From the NCBI RefSeq assembly GCF_002113885.1, contig NW_018408551.1, positions 328,033-392,032 of the forward strand: a DNA stretch of 64,000 bases, in the 5' to 3' direction. Shown here one piece after another: positions 24,581 through 35,500 of the stretch (positions are counted from its first letter, which is position 1; the number at the start of each line of letters is the position of its first letter). The translations under genes were made by a program, and so were the position numbers. The DNA is from Mizuhopecten yessoensis. Lineage: Eukaryota. The notes under the pieces were generated by a model that was not told the origin of the DNA, searched no databases, and worked only from the letters and a program-made list of their open reading frames with translations.

Positions 24581-26121
24581 TTACACACCATTGACCTTAT
24601 CGATTGGACTCGACTCGAGTCTATGAAATATATTTATATAAATATATATTTTGCTTTATTAAAAACATGTTTTTTCTACTTTCTAAGGTACGTATACGTT
24701 TAACGGTTTATAAATCAGTTTAAACACAATCATATGTTTGTTTATATATTGTATATAACTATGCATACCTTCGAGCTCATGTGGTTTAGAACATCACTTT
24801 ATCACAGACATTGGCAAATCTGTTAACCCAAAAGCTCGCATAAGTCAGTGTTAACGTTGTAATTGTTAAATATGGCTGACGAGCATAGGGACCAGCAAAC
24901 GTTGGGACACACACATGATAAATTGTCAGAGCAATCTTGCACGACATAGTGTTATAGGAATAAAATGTGATGTCCTCGCCAGCCTTCCCTTACATTATTT
25001 TTCCTATACTGTGTGATACTGTTATCAGAAACTTTTAAACGGAGACTATTTTGTTCCCTCTATTTTCTATTTGTAGTTTTTTTTATGCCACACACGAGGA
25101 AATCCCATTGAGCCGTGCACTTAGAACCTTCGTGTTACCCTGAACTAGGAAGTGTAATACATGTTTACAGGGAATGAGATCGCTAGTGGACACACCCTAT
25201 ACTTTGGTAAGTGTATATCTCTATTACTGAGAATGGGAAAGTAACCCACGTATTGAGGCCCAATTTAAAGGACACTGAATAATAATTATAAAACACAAGG
25301 GATAAAAATAAACCAAAGTCTTAAAATATCTGAGTTACTACCACTTTGGTGTAAAAAGTCTTTTCTGTCTTCTAATCATTACCTTTTGCACACAAATCAC
25401 TTTAGTCTTTTTTTGCAATTAGAATTCTTATTGGAGTGAAAGTACACTGTGAAATATACATTGTTACTTGCCGATTCACAGGTTTAAACAAATCCATACG
25501 TAACAATAAACAGTTGTATGCTAAGAGCAAATCTTTACAATTCATAGCTGTATTGTTACATGTACCAATTAATTAATAAACATGTCAATATTTATTAATC
25601 AAGCATTATACAAGTCACGATATATCCAACAACCAGAACCTGCTCGCATGACACCATATCGACAAAACTACGACTCCTTACACTACAGTGTGCTAGTCTA
25701 TGTACAAACGACAATGCTGCCACCACGAAAACACAACATAACTACGTCTGTTACCACAGTCATTATAATGCATATTCCAACCTTACTTGGCTCNNNNNNN
25801 NNNNNNNNNNNNNNNNNNNCCCCCCCCCAATGGGGAACCCCTGGAAAACCCATCAATCAGACGGCAGTATTCACGCACGTGATCAGACACGAATCTATGC
25901 TTCCCACTTCATAATTCCATCAGCCTTCCGTGTTTACGGACGTGTTTTGGTTTCTTCTACGGGGTTCCAACTGCTACTGGCGTTTTTTGTACCGATATAT
26001 ATTGTATCCTTTATACCAAATTTCTTTATTTTGTTTTAATTTAGCGTTTTGCTTTATTTTGCGCCGTTTTGCGACCAGGCTCCGGCCACGTGTTCGCGGT
26101 TGACGGTTTGTTTACTTTGAG

Positions 26122-26706
26122 ATGGAGACTCCTCCTTCTCAAAGGCGCTGTCCTTGGGGTCATTTATTTGAGGCTTCCGACCCCCACCCTAACTGTCCTA
26201 GCTGTCAGTCTTGCTCTCTGGAGCAGCCTTGTGACATTTGCCGTGCCTGGCAGCCGCCTCCTGCCGGTGGTTCTCCCCGCCCGCGAGGGCGTGCAGGTAA
26301 GTCGGGTAGGAGGGGTAGGGGTGGGGCGAGGGCTAAGGCTAGGCCTAAGCCCTCGGAGAACACCAGCGGAATTTCGACCTCTGTTGAGTCTTCCCTGGGG
26401 TTAGTTTCGGCGGTTTCGGCCCGTACCGGGGCCGTTGTAAAACAGTTTGTTTCGTTGGACCCGGACCTTTCTCTCTCTCTCCCCCCCCATTCCGTTTTGT
26501 CGGTCGACGTGGGTGAGGGTTTGGGCTCTGTCCCGGTCACCACGGTGACTAGGGGACAGGGGGCGGCCTTCTCTCCCAATTTGTGGTGGGAGGGCAGGTG
26601 GCCCAACATTCCCTGCCGGTCCGCTCCACTCCTGAGGGTGATGTTTTCGGAGACCGGCCCCCGGCAGTTTTGTCTGCTCCTGGGGTTCCCTGCATCCCTG
26701 ATGTAG
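26122..26706 (+). CDS. DIRS gag-like ORF, N-terminal part (Cys/His zinc-finger-like), truncated
   Basis: METPPSQRRCPWGH..DPHPNCPSCQSCSLEQPCDICRAW followed by basic and low-complexity sequence; first ORF after the left ITR. Confidence 0.7.
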   Translation: METPPSQRRCPWGHLFEASDPHPNCPSCQSCSLEQPCDICRAWQPPPAGGSPRPRGRAGKSGRRGRGGARAKARPKPSENTSGISTSVESSLGLVSAVSARTGAVVKQFVSLDPDLSLSLPPHSVLSVDVGEGLGSVPVTTVTRGQGAAFSPNLWWEGRWPNIPCRSAPLLRVMFSETGPRQFCLLLGFPASLM

Positions 26707-26825
26707 CCCCTGGGGTGGTGATAGCGTCTAGCACGCCGTCCACCACTGTGCAGCATTTGCTGCCCGGTCCGCCTCGGCCTCGCTAGCCTCGGCTGGATTT
26801 TACGGTGGTGTGAGCACTGATTCAG

Positions 26826-28013
26826 GTTCGATGGTTCCTTCGGTTCCTCGGTTACCTGAATTCACTGGCGGATGTGGTTCCCTTGGGTCGGCTTCACATC
26901 CGCCCGCTCCAGCTGTTCCTTCTGTCAGTTTGGTCTCCGGTGTCTCGGCAGTGGGATGTGTACATTCCTCTGCCGGAGTCGGTGAAGGAATCAGCTCGTG
27001 GTGGACTCTCGAGAGCAATCTTGGCAGGAGTTCCTCTGGTTCGGGCATCTCCTGCTATGACCCTTTACACCGACGCGTCCATGACCGGTTGGGGTGCATA
27101 CCTTTCCGGTCAGACGTCGGCGGGGGTGTGGTCAGGGGAACAGCTTTCAGAACACATCAATGTTCTGGAAATGCGTGCTGTTCTGTTGGCCCTTCGGGGT
27201 CTTCGACCCTCCCTGCAGGGCAAGGCCATTTGTCTGGCTACAGACAACTCCACTGTGGTGGCTTATCTGCAGCGCCAGGGGGGCACCCGTTCCCCGGCTC
27301 TGTGTGCTTTATCCACCCAGGTCCTGTTGCTGTGTCAGGAGATCAGTCTCGATCTCACGGTGAGGCACCTTCCAGGTCGTCTGAATGTTCTGGCCGACAC
27401 TCTGTCTCGGTCTCGGAGCCCGGTTCTCACCGAATGGACCCTCAAGCGTTCGGTGTTCCGGTCTCTTTGCCTGGTTTGGGACAGACCCCATGTGGATCTG
27501 TTCGCCACGGCCCTGAACTTTCGACTCCCTACCTTTGTGTCTCCGGTTCCAGATCCTATGGCCATGGCGGTGGATGCTCTATCCAAGGACTGGTCGGGAA
27601 TGTACGCGTATGCGTTTCCTCCCTTCAATCTGGTGGGCAGGGTGTTGGAGAAGATTCTTCTACACCATTGTACTGTGTTGCTGGTTGCACCGCTCTGGCC
27701 TCGACAACGTTGGTTTCCTCTGTTGCTTCGGCTTTCGGTGGACTTCCCGCGCAGCATCCCGACCCTGTGCGATCTGCTGTCTCAACCGAGGTCCCGGCAG
27801 TTCTATTCGGGACCAGAACGGCTCCACCTTCACGGTTGGATGCTATCTCGGGAAGGCTCACTCAGACGGGCTTTTCTCGAGAAGTTGCAACTCGCATCGC
27901 AGGATCACTTAGACCTTCGTCTTCCGCCGCCTACCAATCTCGATGGTCCGCCTTCGGTGATTGGTGTCTCGGACGGTCGATTGACCCAGTCTCTGCCTCT
28001 GTTCCCGTTGTAG
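26826..28013 (+). CDS. DIRS pol remnant: RT C-terminal end + RNase H + DNA N6-adenine methyltransferase-like domain
   Basis: FLGYLNSL..VPLGRLHIRPLQ; RNase H LYTDASMTGWGA, HINVLEMRAV, TDNSTVVAYL, HLPGRLNVLADTLSR; MT-like VDLFAT..N, DAL..DW, YAFPPF. The RT catalytic core (YxDD) is absent. Confidence 0.88.
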   Translation, partial: VRWFLRFLGYLNSLADVVPLGRLHIRPLQLFLLSVWSPVSRQWDVYIPLPESVKESARGGLSRAILAGVPLVRASPAMTLYTDASMTGWGAYLSGQTSAGVWSGEQLSEHINVLEMRAVLLALRGLRPSLQGKAICLATDNSTVVAYLQRQGGTRSPALCALSTQVLLLCQEISLDLTVRHLPGRLNVLADTLSRSRSPVLTEWTLKRSVFRSLCLVWDRPHVDLFATALNFRLPTFVSPVPDPMAMAVDALSKDWSGMYAYAFPPFNLVGRVLEKILLHHCTVLLVAPLWPRQRWFPLLLRLSVDFPRSIPTLCDLLSQPRSRQFYSGPERLHLHGWMLSREGSLRRAFLEKLQLASQDHLDLRLPPPTNLDGPPSVIGVSDGRLTQSLPLFPL

Positions 28014-28698
28014 CCGACTTTCTTTTGTCTCTGTTCCAGGACAAAGGTCTGTCTCCGGGAACTTTTGCAGGCTATCGTTCAGCCATTGCTAGTGTGCTGG
28101 CTTTCTATGGTAGCAAGTCTGTGGGCTCGGACGCTTCATTGTCTGCTCTCATTAGGGGTTCTACATTGAGAAGCCTCGTTCACGGCAATTGGTCCCTAGG
28201 TCGAATTTAGCACTTGTGTTAGATTCCTTGTTGAGGGCGCCATTCGAGCCCCTCCAGTCGACGGATCGGAAGTTTCTTACTTTCAAGACTGTGTTCTTGA
28301 TAGCCTTTGCTTCCGGTCGCCGCAGAAGCGAGATTCATGCTTTCAGCAGATCTCCTTCTTGCCTTCGTTTTTCGGCTGGCCATTCTTCGGTCTCAGTGAC
28401 CACTGATCCCTCCTTTTTAGCTAAGAACCAGGTTCCCGGTTTCACCCCAGGGCTTGTGGTTATCCCTTCTTTGGCTTCAACTCTGGATGGGGATTGTCCT
28501 GATCGCCTGCTCTGCCCAGTTCGGGCCTTGCGTTACTACTTGGCCAGAACAGAGGGGGGGGCGGGACACTCGTCTCGGCTGTTCCAGTCTCTCCAGCCCG
28601 GTCGCTCTGATATCTCTGCAGCGACCATCTCACGCTGGATTGTTCAGACTGTTCGAGCTGCGTATGAGTCGGCAGNTCCTCCCTCTTCTTTTGCATAA
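27850..28698 (+). CDS. DIRS tyrosine recombinase, frameshifted and C-terminally truncated
   Basis: LRPSSSAAYQSRWSAFGDWC..VADFLLSLF..TFAGYRSAIASV (frame of ORF 26810-28210), then LTFKTVFLIAFASGRRRSEIHA, FLAKNQ, LCPVRALRYYL, TISRWI (ORF 28189-28698). The HxxR and Tyr catalytic residues are not seen; sequence breaks at N28676. Confidence 0.85.
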
Positions 28699-28838
28699 CC
28701 CTCATTATGTATTCTCCGCGTGATCCGGAACGCTGGTCGTAATCAGGCTCTGTGTCGCAAAAGAAAAGGTATTTTGAATTTTTCCTCCGGGGGTACGGGT
28801 CCTATTGTTGGAACCCTTTATAGCTCCACGGAGACACC

Positions 28839-28886
28839 ACTGCGGTAAGTCGAATTCGCATTATAATTATACTTACCACAGTCATT
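28839..28886. repeat. DIRS internal complementary region (ICR)
   Basis: actgcggtaa is complementary to the left terminus ttaccacagt; attataa..atacttaccacagtcatt is complementary to the right terminus aatgactgtggtaagtatttataat. Confidence 0.8.
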
Positions 28887-29669
28887 AGGTGAGTTCCCTC
28901 TCAGCCTCCCCTTTTCTCATTGGCTCTCACTTTTTTGGGCTTTGGAATTATAAAGTGGGAAGCATGGCTTCGTGTCTTATCACGTGCGTGAATACTGCCG
29001 TCTGATTGGTGGGTTTTCCAGGGGTTCCCCATGGGGGGAAAAAATCTTTATTTACGTATGTGCATTATAATGACTGTGGTAAGTATTTATAATAGAAATT
29101 GGTTTCACAAGAGAAACCTCAAATGTGTTTTATAATGTTCTGTATACGCAAGTATCTAAAATAAATATACGATATTTGATATCTACTACAAAATGACACA
29201 CTCGTCGAATGCTAATAATTTCTATCGATGTCTTATGTTTAATAACTACGTTTACCACATATTGTCACCCTTCTAATTTGAAACACTCTCTGATTGGATA
29301 TCTTGCCGGGGTCTATATTTCTATAGAGCACTTGCGAGATAAACAAGCGCAATCGGGAACCGTCGGCACTTTCCGTAAACGAGAAAATACTAGTATTCTC
29401 GAGGTTTGCAAATCATTCACAGGATGAAATAGCTTACAAGCAATCTAAATCGACAGCAAATTCAACGAAACAGGTAATGAGGGGGCCGCTAGGTTGCTAA
29501 TTGTAAAGATGGTTGTGATTTGTCCGAAATATTGCCGAAAACTATTCAAAAGATGTCCGGTAGGCCTGGGGGTTATTTTGTTAGCAGTCAAGTACAACTA
29601 AAACTCACAAAGTGACTTATAATTTTGCAGGACAAAATGTAATAAAAGATCGCCAGGGTGACGAATTTG

Positions 29670-29777
29670 TTATCTCTGGGTTAGGAGGGGTCTACTGGCT
29701 CATACTCCACTTTGGTATTGATAGGCCTCTCGCCTTTGGCTCTATGAGCCCGTAGACCCCTCCTAACCGAGAGATAA
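29670..29777. repeat. 35-bp-arm inverted repeat, probably the end of a non-autonomous DNA element (~29210-29780)
   Basis: ttatctctgggttaggaggggtctactggctcata ... tatgagcccgtagacccctcctaaccgagagataa with a ~38-nt loop. Confidence 0.7.
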
Positions 29778-30994
29778 TAATGTAATGTGTTATCCGGTGT
29801 ATATACCCATCTCATATTTTTTGGCGTATCAACCCATGTACTATGACCTTTCAGCCCTGTGATAAGTTGTAAGTGTCAATTATTTCAATTGTGACGTCAC
29901 GCTAGGCCAAGCACATGACGTCACAGACTTACGCACTGGAGTCAAAATGGCGTCTTTTTACATTTCAAAGTTGCATGCATACACATTGTCGTTTTACACG
30001 AATAAATGCCACAAATCTTGATAATATGATTACAATCTCAAGTCAATATAATTTCATATGACTAGTATATCAATATGTTTAATGCAGAATAATCACCCAA
30101 TTTCAATTTGGTAGAAACACAAATTTATATTGTGGATAAATTAATTAGAATGTAAAACAAATGTGTACTGAATACTCCGGTACACCGTAGATCAATCTTA
30201 TATTAAGTAAAAAGACAAGATCGTAATCTGATCCTTTAATTCGATAATATTAAGCAAATTTCATGTAAGATATCTTGAACACAGTCAATGCTTAAATATA
30301 GCATTTACATTAATCTGTACCGATTTCATAAGTGGTCTGCTTTACATACATTGGTGGAACCACGAAGTTAGTGGCGTATAGTGTGACAGTAATTAACACA
30401 GTCGTCATAGACACAGAGTAATTACATTACAATTCAAACATCATCAAACTACAATAAGATAACGTGTTCCCCCTGAGTATGGTGTATCACAAACTATTGA
30501 TAAAAAGAAGAAATACTGGCAGTCAACTATATACATCATGCATATATGTTACGATACGAAATTAATACTTTCACAATATTGTTCAGTTTTCACTGATCAA
30601 TTGTAGGACAGAGCGCTCATCAAGCCTTCTGCCCAATATCTTTAATTTATTTCGACGTTTTAAAGGAGATTGGAAAACTATGACCAGACACTCATGACAT
30701 GACCTCTCTTCTGTCATGTCCAAACTTCAAAATTAAGCTCATAAAACCAACGAAAAATATGTTTGTTTACTCTTAATCGTAGTTTTATTTGTAGGGATGA
30801 CAAGTTTACATACAGATCCAGGTTAGGAGTAATAAAACTGTTTAGCTCTAATTATGCGCAAGCATCTCGAGTTTATCGTATCTAAATGCTCGATAAACGC
30901 TTCTCTGTTGGTCAAACTATCCACAACCCCTTGCATCGGTATTCATTAACCTCGAGAGAAATCACCGACTGAGGTCTTTGGTAAATATATTTAT

Positions 30995-31381
30995 GTTTGG
31001 TTTGGTTTAGTATTATTTAACGTCCTATCAACAGCTATGGTCATTTAAGGACGGCCTCCCTTGTGTGCAAGATGCATGCGTGTAGTGTATGTGTGTGTGT
31101 GTTTTGGGAGGCTGCGATATGTTAGTGTTTTGTCCCAGTCGTTCCACTCTAAACTTGTTGAGTGTTTACAGACTTTGGTATGTCTCGGCCAGGGGACAGA
31201 ACCCAAAGCCTACCTCGCAGGGGCGAACGCTCAACTAAAGGCCAAAAGTGAGGCATTGTCAGGGGAGACATTAGAAAGAAGAAAGTTGTTTAGAAAGAAG
31301 AGAAAAGATGAGATCCCAAAATTAGTCGCCTCTTACGATCATGAAATGGGGGCAGCTGATACAATTATTACGCCCTACCTG
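30995..31381. mobile_element. SINE-like interspersed repeat
   Basis: (gtttg)n end, tttaacgtcctatcaacagctatggtcatttaaggacggc, a degenerate B-box-like ggggacagaaccc and ttagtcgcctcttacgatcatg. A second copy lies at 20900-21226. Confidence 0.65.
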
Positions 31382-32503
31382 GTCATTTCATATCAAATAC
31401 TAATAATTGATAAGTTGGCATGCATAACACGAATACACCTTTATGTTTTATATGCAGTAACCGAATTTTTAAAAGAGACGGATTTTTTTTTCATCTTCAG
31501 AAACTGGACCCAGTTGGTCGAGCATTATATCAAAAAGAGAGAAATGTGAAATATTTCATCAAAATTTAAATGATTTAACCAACAAGGCATGATCAGACAC
31601 CTGTGTAATATTCACAGTATAAAAGTTTAAAAAAGTGAGATAAAAACCTCTCCCACAAGTTATCTCTACGGACCACACTGATCGCACATTCGATTATTTT
31701 AACATAAAATAAAATGAATACAAAACTATCAACTATAATCAAGGTTTACTGAAGGAATGATATACATGATCATATCCATTATCATTGCAATGTAAATAGT
31801 ACTGCTATGTGCTACTCTGTTTGGATTAAAAAATATATATCTCGTCGTTAAAATAAAAGGTATACATATCACAGAAATTCTACGTACAAAATGTAAGTCC
31901 GGATTGCCAAGTCTATAACCAGTCTACATAGATTTGACACACTAACAAATAACTTATCAAGGATTCTATTTTTTAATCACTTTACTATATTTTCTATATC
32001 AATTTCACAAACAGTAAATACGTCGTGCATATAAATGCACAAGTGAAGGACGATTACTACTACTTACTGATTTAGTTTCATCTTGTTAAAAGAAAACGAA
32101 AACATGAAGTTTCTAGGTTCGCTTCTCAAACCATCGATTTAAAATTGGCGTTTGATTAAATAAATAGGTTTTGCAGTATACGAGTGTGCAATTGTCTCAC
32201 ATTATGTATTGAATTCGTGTGACCTATATGTTTTGCCATATTTTAGCAACGCCACGAGCCATGTTATATTTTTAAATCCACAGCTCTCAATACAGTTATT
32301 TGAACAGAGAATACATACTTTACCTTACATATTAGACAATTATTATTTATAATTATGAAAAACGAATTTGGAATCCTGTCGGTCTCTATAAGCTTATATC
32401 AATGAAAAAATCGTCATGTTTATACATAACTTTCTGTCGACACATCATCAATATTTAGCAAAATAAATGAAAATATATATAATCGGTCTGTAACCGGCAA
32501 TAT

Positions 32504-35500
32504 TCAACAGGTGTCCTCATTCATATGGGTGCTAACCAATTTGCCGTCGGCGGCATTGGTCACATCAATACACACAGTGTCCGACCGTCGTGGCCGGAAC
32601 GCTGTTATAACGTTAGTAAGTGTGCTCAAGGTGACTCTCCTGGATGGAGAGGGAAGAATCGAAGACCAACGATGTAAAGGTTGAGGGGACACTGGGTTCA
32701 CACCTTGCTGAGGTACGTCTGTGTCGAAACCTGAACCTAAGCTTTGCCCTAACCCACTGAGTCGTTTCTCTAGGGTCCGCTCCTTTGTTCTGATGCCTTC
32801 CAGCTTCTGTTCTATGGTAGCTTCTTTCGCTTGTATTTCAGATTCCCTCCTCTCAAGAGCTTCCTTTTTTCTCTGCAGTCTTCTTTTCTTCCTTTTCGCC
32901 TTTTCCATATTTTTACGGAAAGCCTGTTCTGCCTGAAACAATGCGATAGGAGGCAGGCGTTTTGGATTGAGAGGGGTGGAGTTAGCGTTCCTGTCTTCGG
33001 TTCCGTGTTTGTTACCCTCACTGAGAGGCTCTCCGGTACCCAGAAGTGCGATAGGCGGTAGTTTATTATGTGTTTTTTCCGGAAAGGGTGCCACGTGGTT
33101 TGGTTTTATTGTCGACTTTGGGGCTATCTGAGCTCCTGTTGGTATGAATCTGCCCAGAAGAGGGTTTTCAAAATTTGAACTCAATGACTTTTCATCTGAA
33201 TCTTGTTTCTGGAAAATGCAAAACAGTTTTGTTTTTATACGCCGTAGATATTTTCAGGGTGACCCACAAAATAAGTATTTTTCCTGACTATATCTTAATT
33301 TGTAACATCATATAATTAATCTATCAGGAATGAAAAGAAATAAGTTAGTTGGAAAGCATTCGACATATCCTATAGAAATAAGAAATCACCAGTATTTCAC
33401 AAAATATTCCGTTTTTCGGTAAGGTACAGTGAAAGGTTGTGGACAAATATTTCATTGTGTTTTAATAATATATAACAAATAACGATGTTAATCTTAAACA
33501 ATTATTATGGTTGAAATCGACACAAGTCACAGATAATAAATCGTTATCATCATCTGCCGAAATGAAATTGACTGTTTGCAAGTTTTTTCTACATCGACAC
33601 CTACCTTTTCTTTGCAGCAACGTTCTTTTAGTTTGTCGCGGCACAGAAGAAGGATCAGGATGATAACCAGTATGAGGACGACAATGACGACAACGATAAT
33701 CCAGATATCTAGAAAACAAGGAACCTGGACTATTTACAGGGACGGAAGGGAAGACGTAGTGGGAGTCATCAAAAAGAAAACGGAGACATCAAAAATAAAA
33801 CATCTCACATCACCACAGGGTAAAACATCACTATTTCCAACCAATGTGATTGAGGAAGAACTGATTAATTTTACCTTTACTAGATCGATCACTTAATGTG
33901 CATTGTTTAACATTTTTCTTCACTGACACTTTTTTTTTCACCCTTTTAATTCAATCACTTTACATTCAAATTAAAGAAAAAAGAAAGCCAAAATCCTTAT
34001 TCATTCATCAATACAAAGTATTGTATGTACAATATAAGAAAACTTAGTTGTAGATAGTCTTCTTTTTACAGTTGACATGCACACCTGCGTCAGACCTCAC
34101 TACATTATTGCCATTTAACATGTATCCTTCACATAACATAATGTAAATAACACGGAAATTTCAATACAAGGTGATGAAAAACTAAACTAAAATACAAAGG
34201 ATTTGAGCACACTCATTTGTTGGAAATATATGAACCTATGTTAAATAAGCGTTAACCAATGAAGCAGTCGCCTCTTGTATTTTTGATCGTAATCTATTTT
34301 GTTAAACAGTGTGTTATTGACTATTTCTGTTTTTTTCTTATCGTGTTCAGGTCGACTTCAAGAAATAGTACTTCTGTCTTACATCTCAATGTATAATAGT
34401 CTACCGTGTTTATGAAAAACAAAGGTTGCACTGTAAAGACTGACTGAGGAGTGCAAATGTTTCCATCTGGCAGTATCGATTGAGAACTAATAAGTGATTG
34501 TGATACAAGTAATGGGAATCTATTTTCAACACATATGCAAACAACTGAAGACAAGAAACATCTTGGAGCTATTTGCAGCAGTGATGGGAAATGGATAGAA
34601 TATATATAGATGACATTGTTCGTAAAGCTTCCAAATAAGTTGCAAAAGTAACCACGAATGAAGTTTTGTTCACCAGTATACCAACAAGAATATGTATGAG
34701 ATATGATAAAAAAAGAAACAACAATAAAAACTAAGCAATACTATTCTGAAAGTAGTACAAAGGGTGCCAGACCAGAATTCGATCACTGGACCTTCAATTT
34801 AAATACGGTCGCTCAACCCAACGGAACCTCTTGATAAGTAGTTTATATCTAGCCCTTTCCAGTTTTATATTTGGAACGAAAGTAAAGGGAGGTCATTTTG
34901 AGTATGAAAAACAGTATTCTCTAGAGTTTGCAAGCAAAGGGACATGAATTCTTAAGCAAAAATGATTTGATGAAATATTGCATTTCTTGCTCGTGACAAT
35001 TAATTTGTGGGGACGCCAGTTAATCAATAGTTGAAAAAAGTCAGTTAGAAGCTGGTTGATCTGTTACACTGTTGCCCTTTAATATCCAAACTGATTTACA
35101 ATTCTCTTTTAACTCTTTCCGTACCGCAACTCCGGTCCGGATTCCGTACCGGATGTACTTATTAGACTCGCCCCCGCGCATTAAACAAAATGGCGGATTT
35201 TTAATGTACTTTTTTAACTAGGTGTAACTGCCGCAAGAATTAAACAGGTAACCGTGAACAAATATTGTTATTGTTTCATGTTCTGGTTCATAGACAAACA
35301 CTTCTTCATTTTCGCAGCATAATGACTAACTGGCAGATGATTATGACTGAAAAATCGACATTTGTCTGGCAATAAACGATACGATTCCTTGTATTTAATA
35401 CAGCGTTGTAGTACATGTTTCCAATGGGGTTTGATTATGGTTACGAATGTGGAGTCGTTGAGTTTTTTTCTAAATACAAGTAGATTTCATCAAAACTTAT

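Larger units (their letters stand above)
21230..25205 (-). pseudogene. Rearranged pseudogene (copy C) of the SUEL-like/CUB-like membrane protein family
   Basis: Minus-strand pieces: stalk exon ~21421-21260 (LLVCGMSRGQDYINIADIPQCSPTTT, frameshifted) and 3' part of the CUB-like exon ~21590-21527. Plus-strand (inverted) pieces: lectin exon 23249-~23557 (GAQLQS..FIKGSCASGETIVMESVFAYAKPLSSGCPTVMTS, in-frame TAA at 23401, deletions) and 5' part of the CUB-like exon 23861-~23951. Upstream DNA ~24900-25205 matches 39510-39800 in direct orientation. Closest to copy B. Confidence 0.85.
25751..29100 (+). mobile_element. DIRS1-like tyrosine-recombinase retrotransposon, internally deleted
   Basis: GC-rich block with inverted terminal repeats (25751-25919, interrupted by N25794-25819, vs 28943-~29082). 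An internal complementary region ~28839-28886 pairs with both termini. Contains gag-like, RT-end/RNase H/MT and YR frames. Confidence 0.93.

Noticed and set aside
26069-27912. Numerous overlapping sense and antisense ORFs (e.g. 26069-26404, 26205-26756, 27335-27757)
   Set aside because: Expected in GC-rich DIRS sequence with few stops; no recognisable motifs beyond gag, RH/MT and YR.
25751-29100. Bacterial/phage contamination or HGT suggested by high GC, integrase and Dam-like motifs
   Set aside because: ITR+ICR structure and the gag-RT/RH-MT-YR order are diagnostic of eukaryotic DIRS1-like retrotransposons.
31061-31549. 162-aa ORF
   Set aside because: Runs through a SINE-like repeat and (GT)n; no domain-like features.
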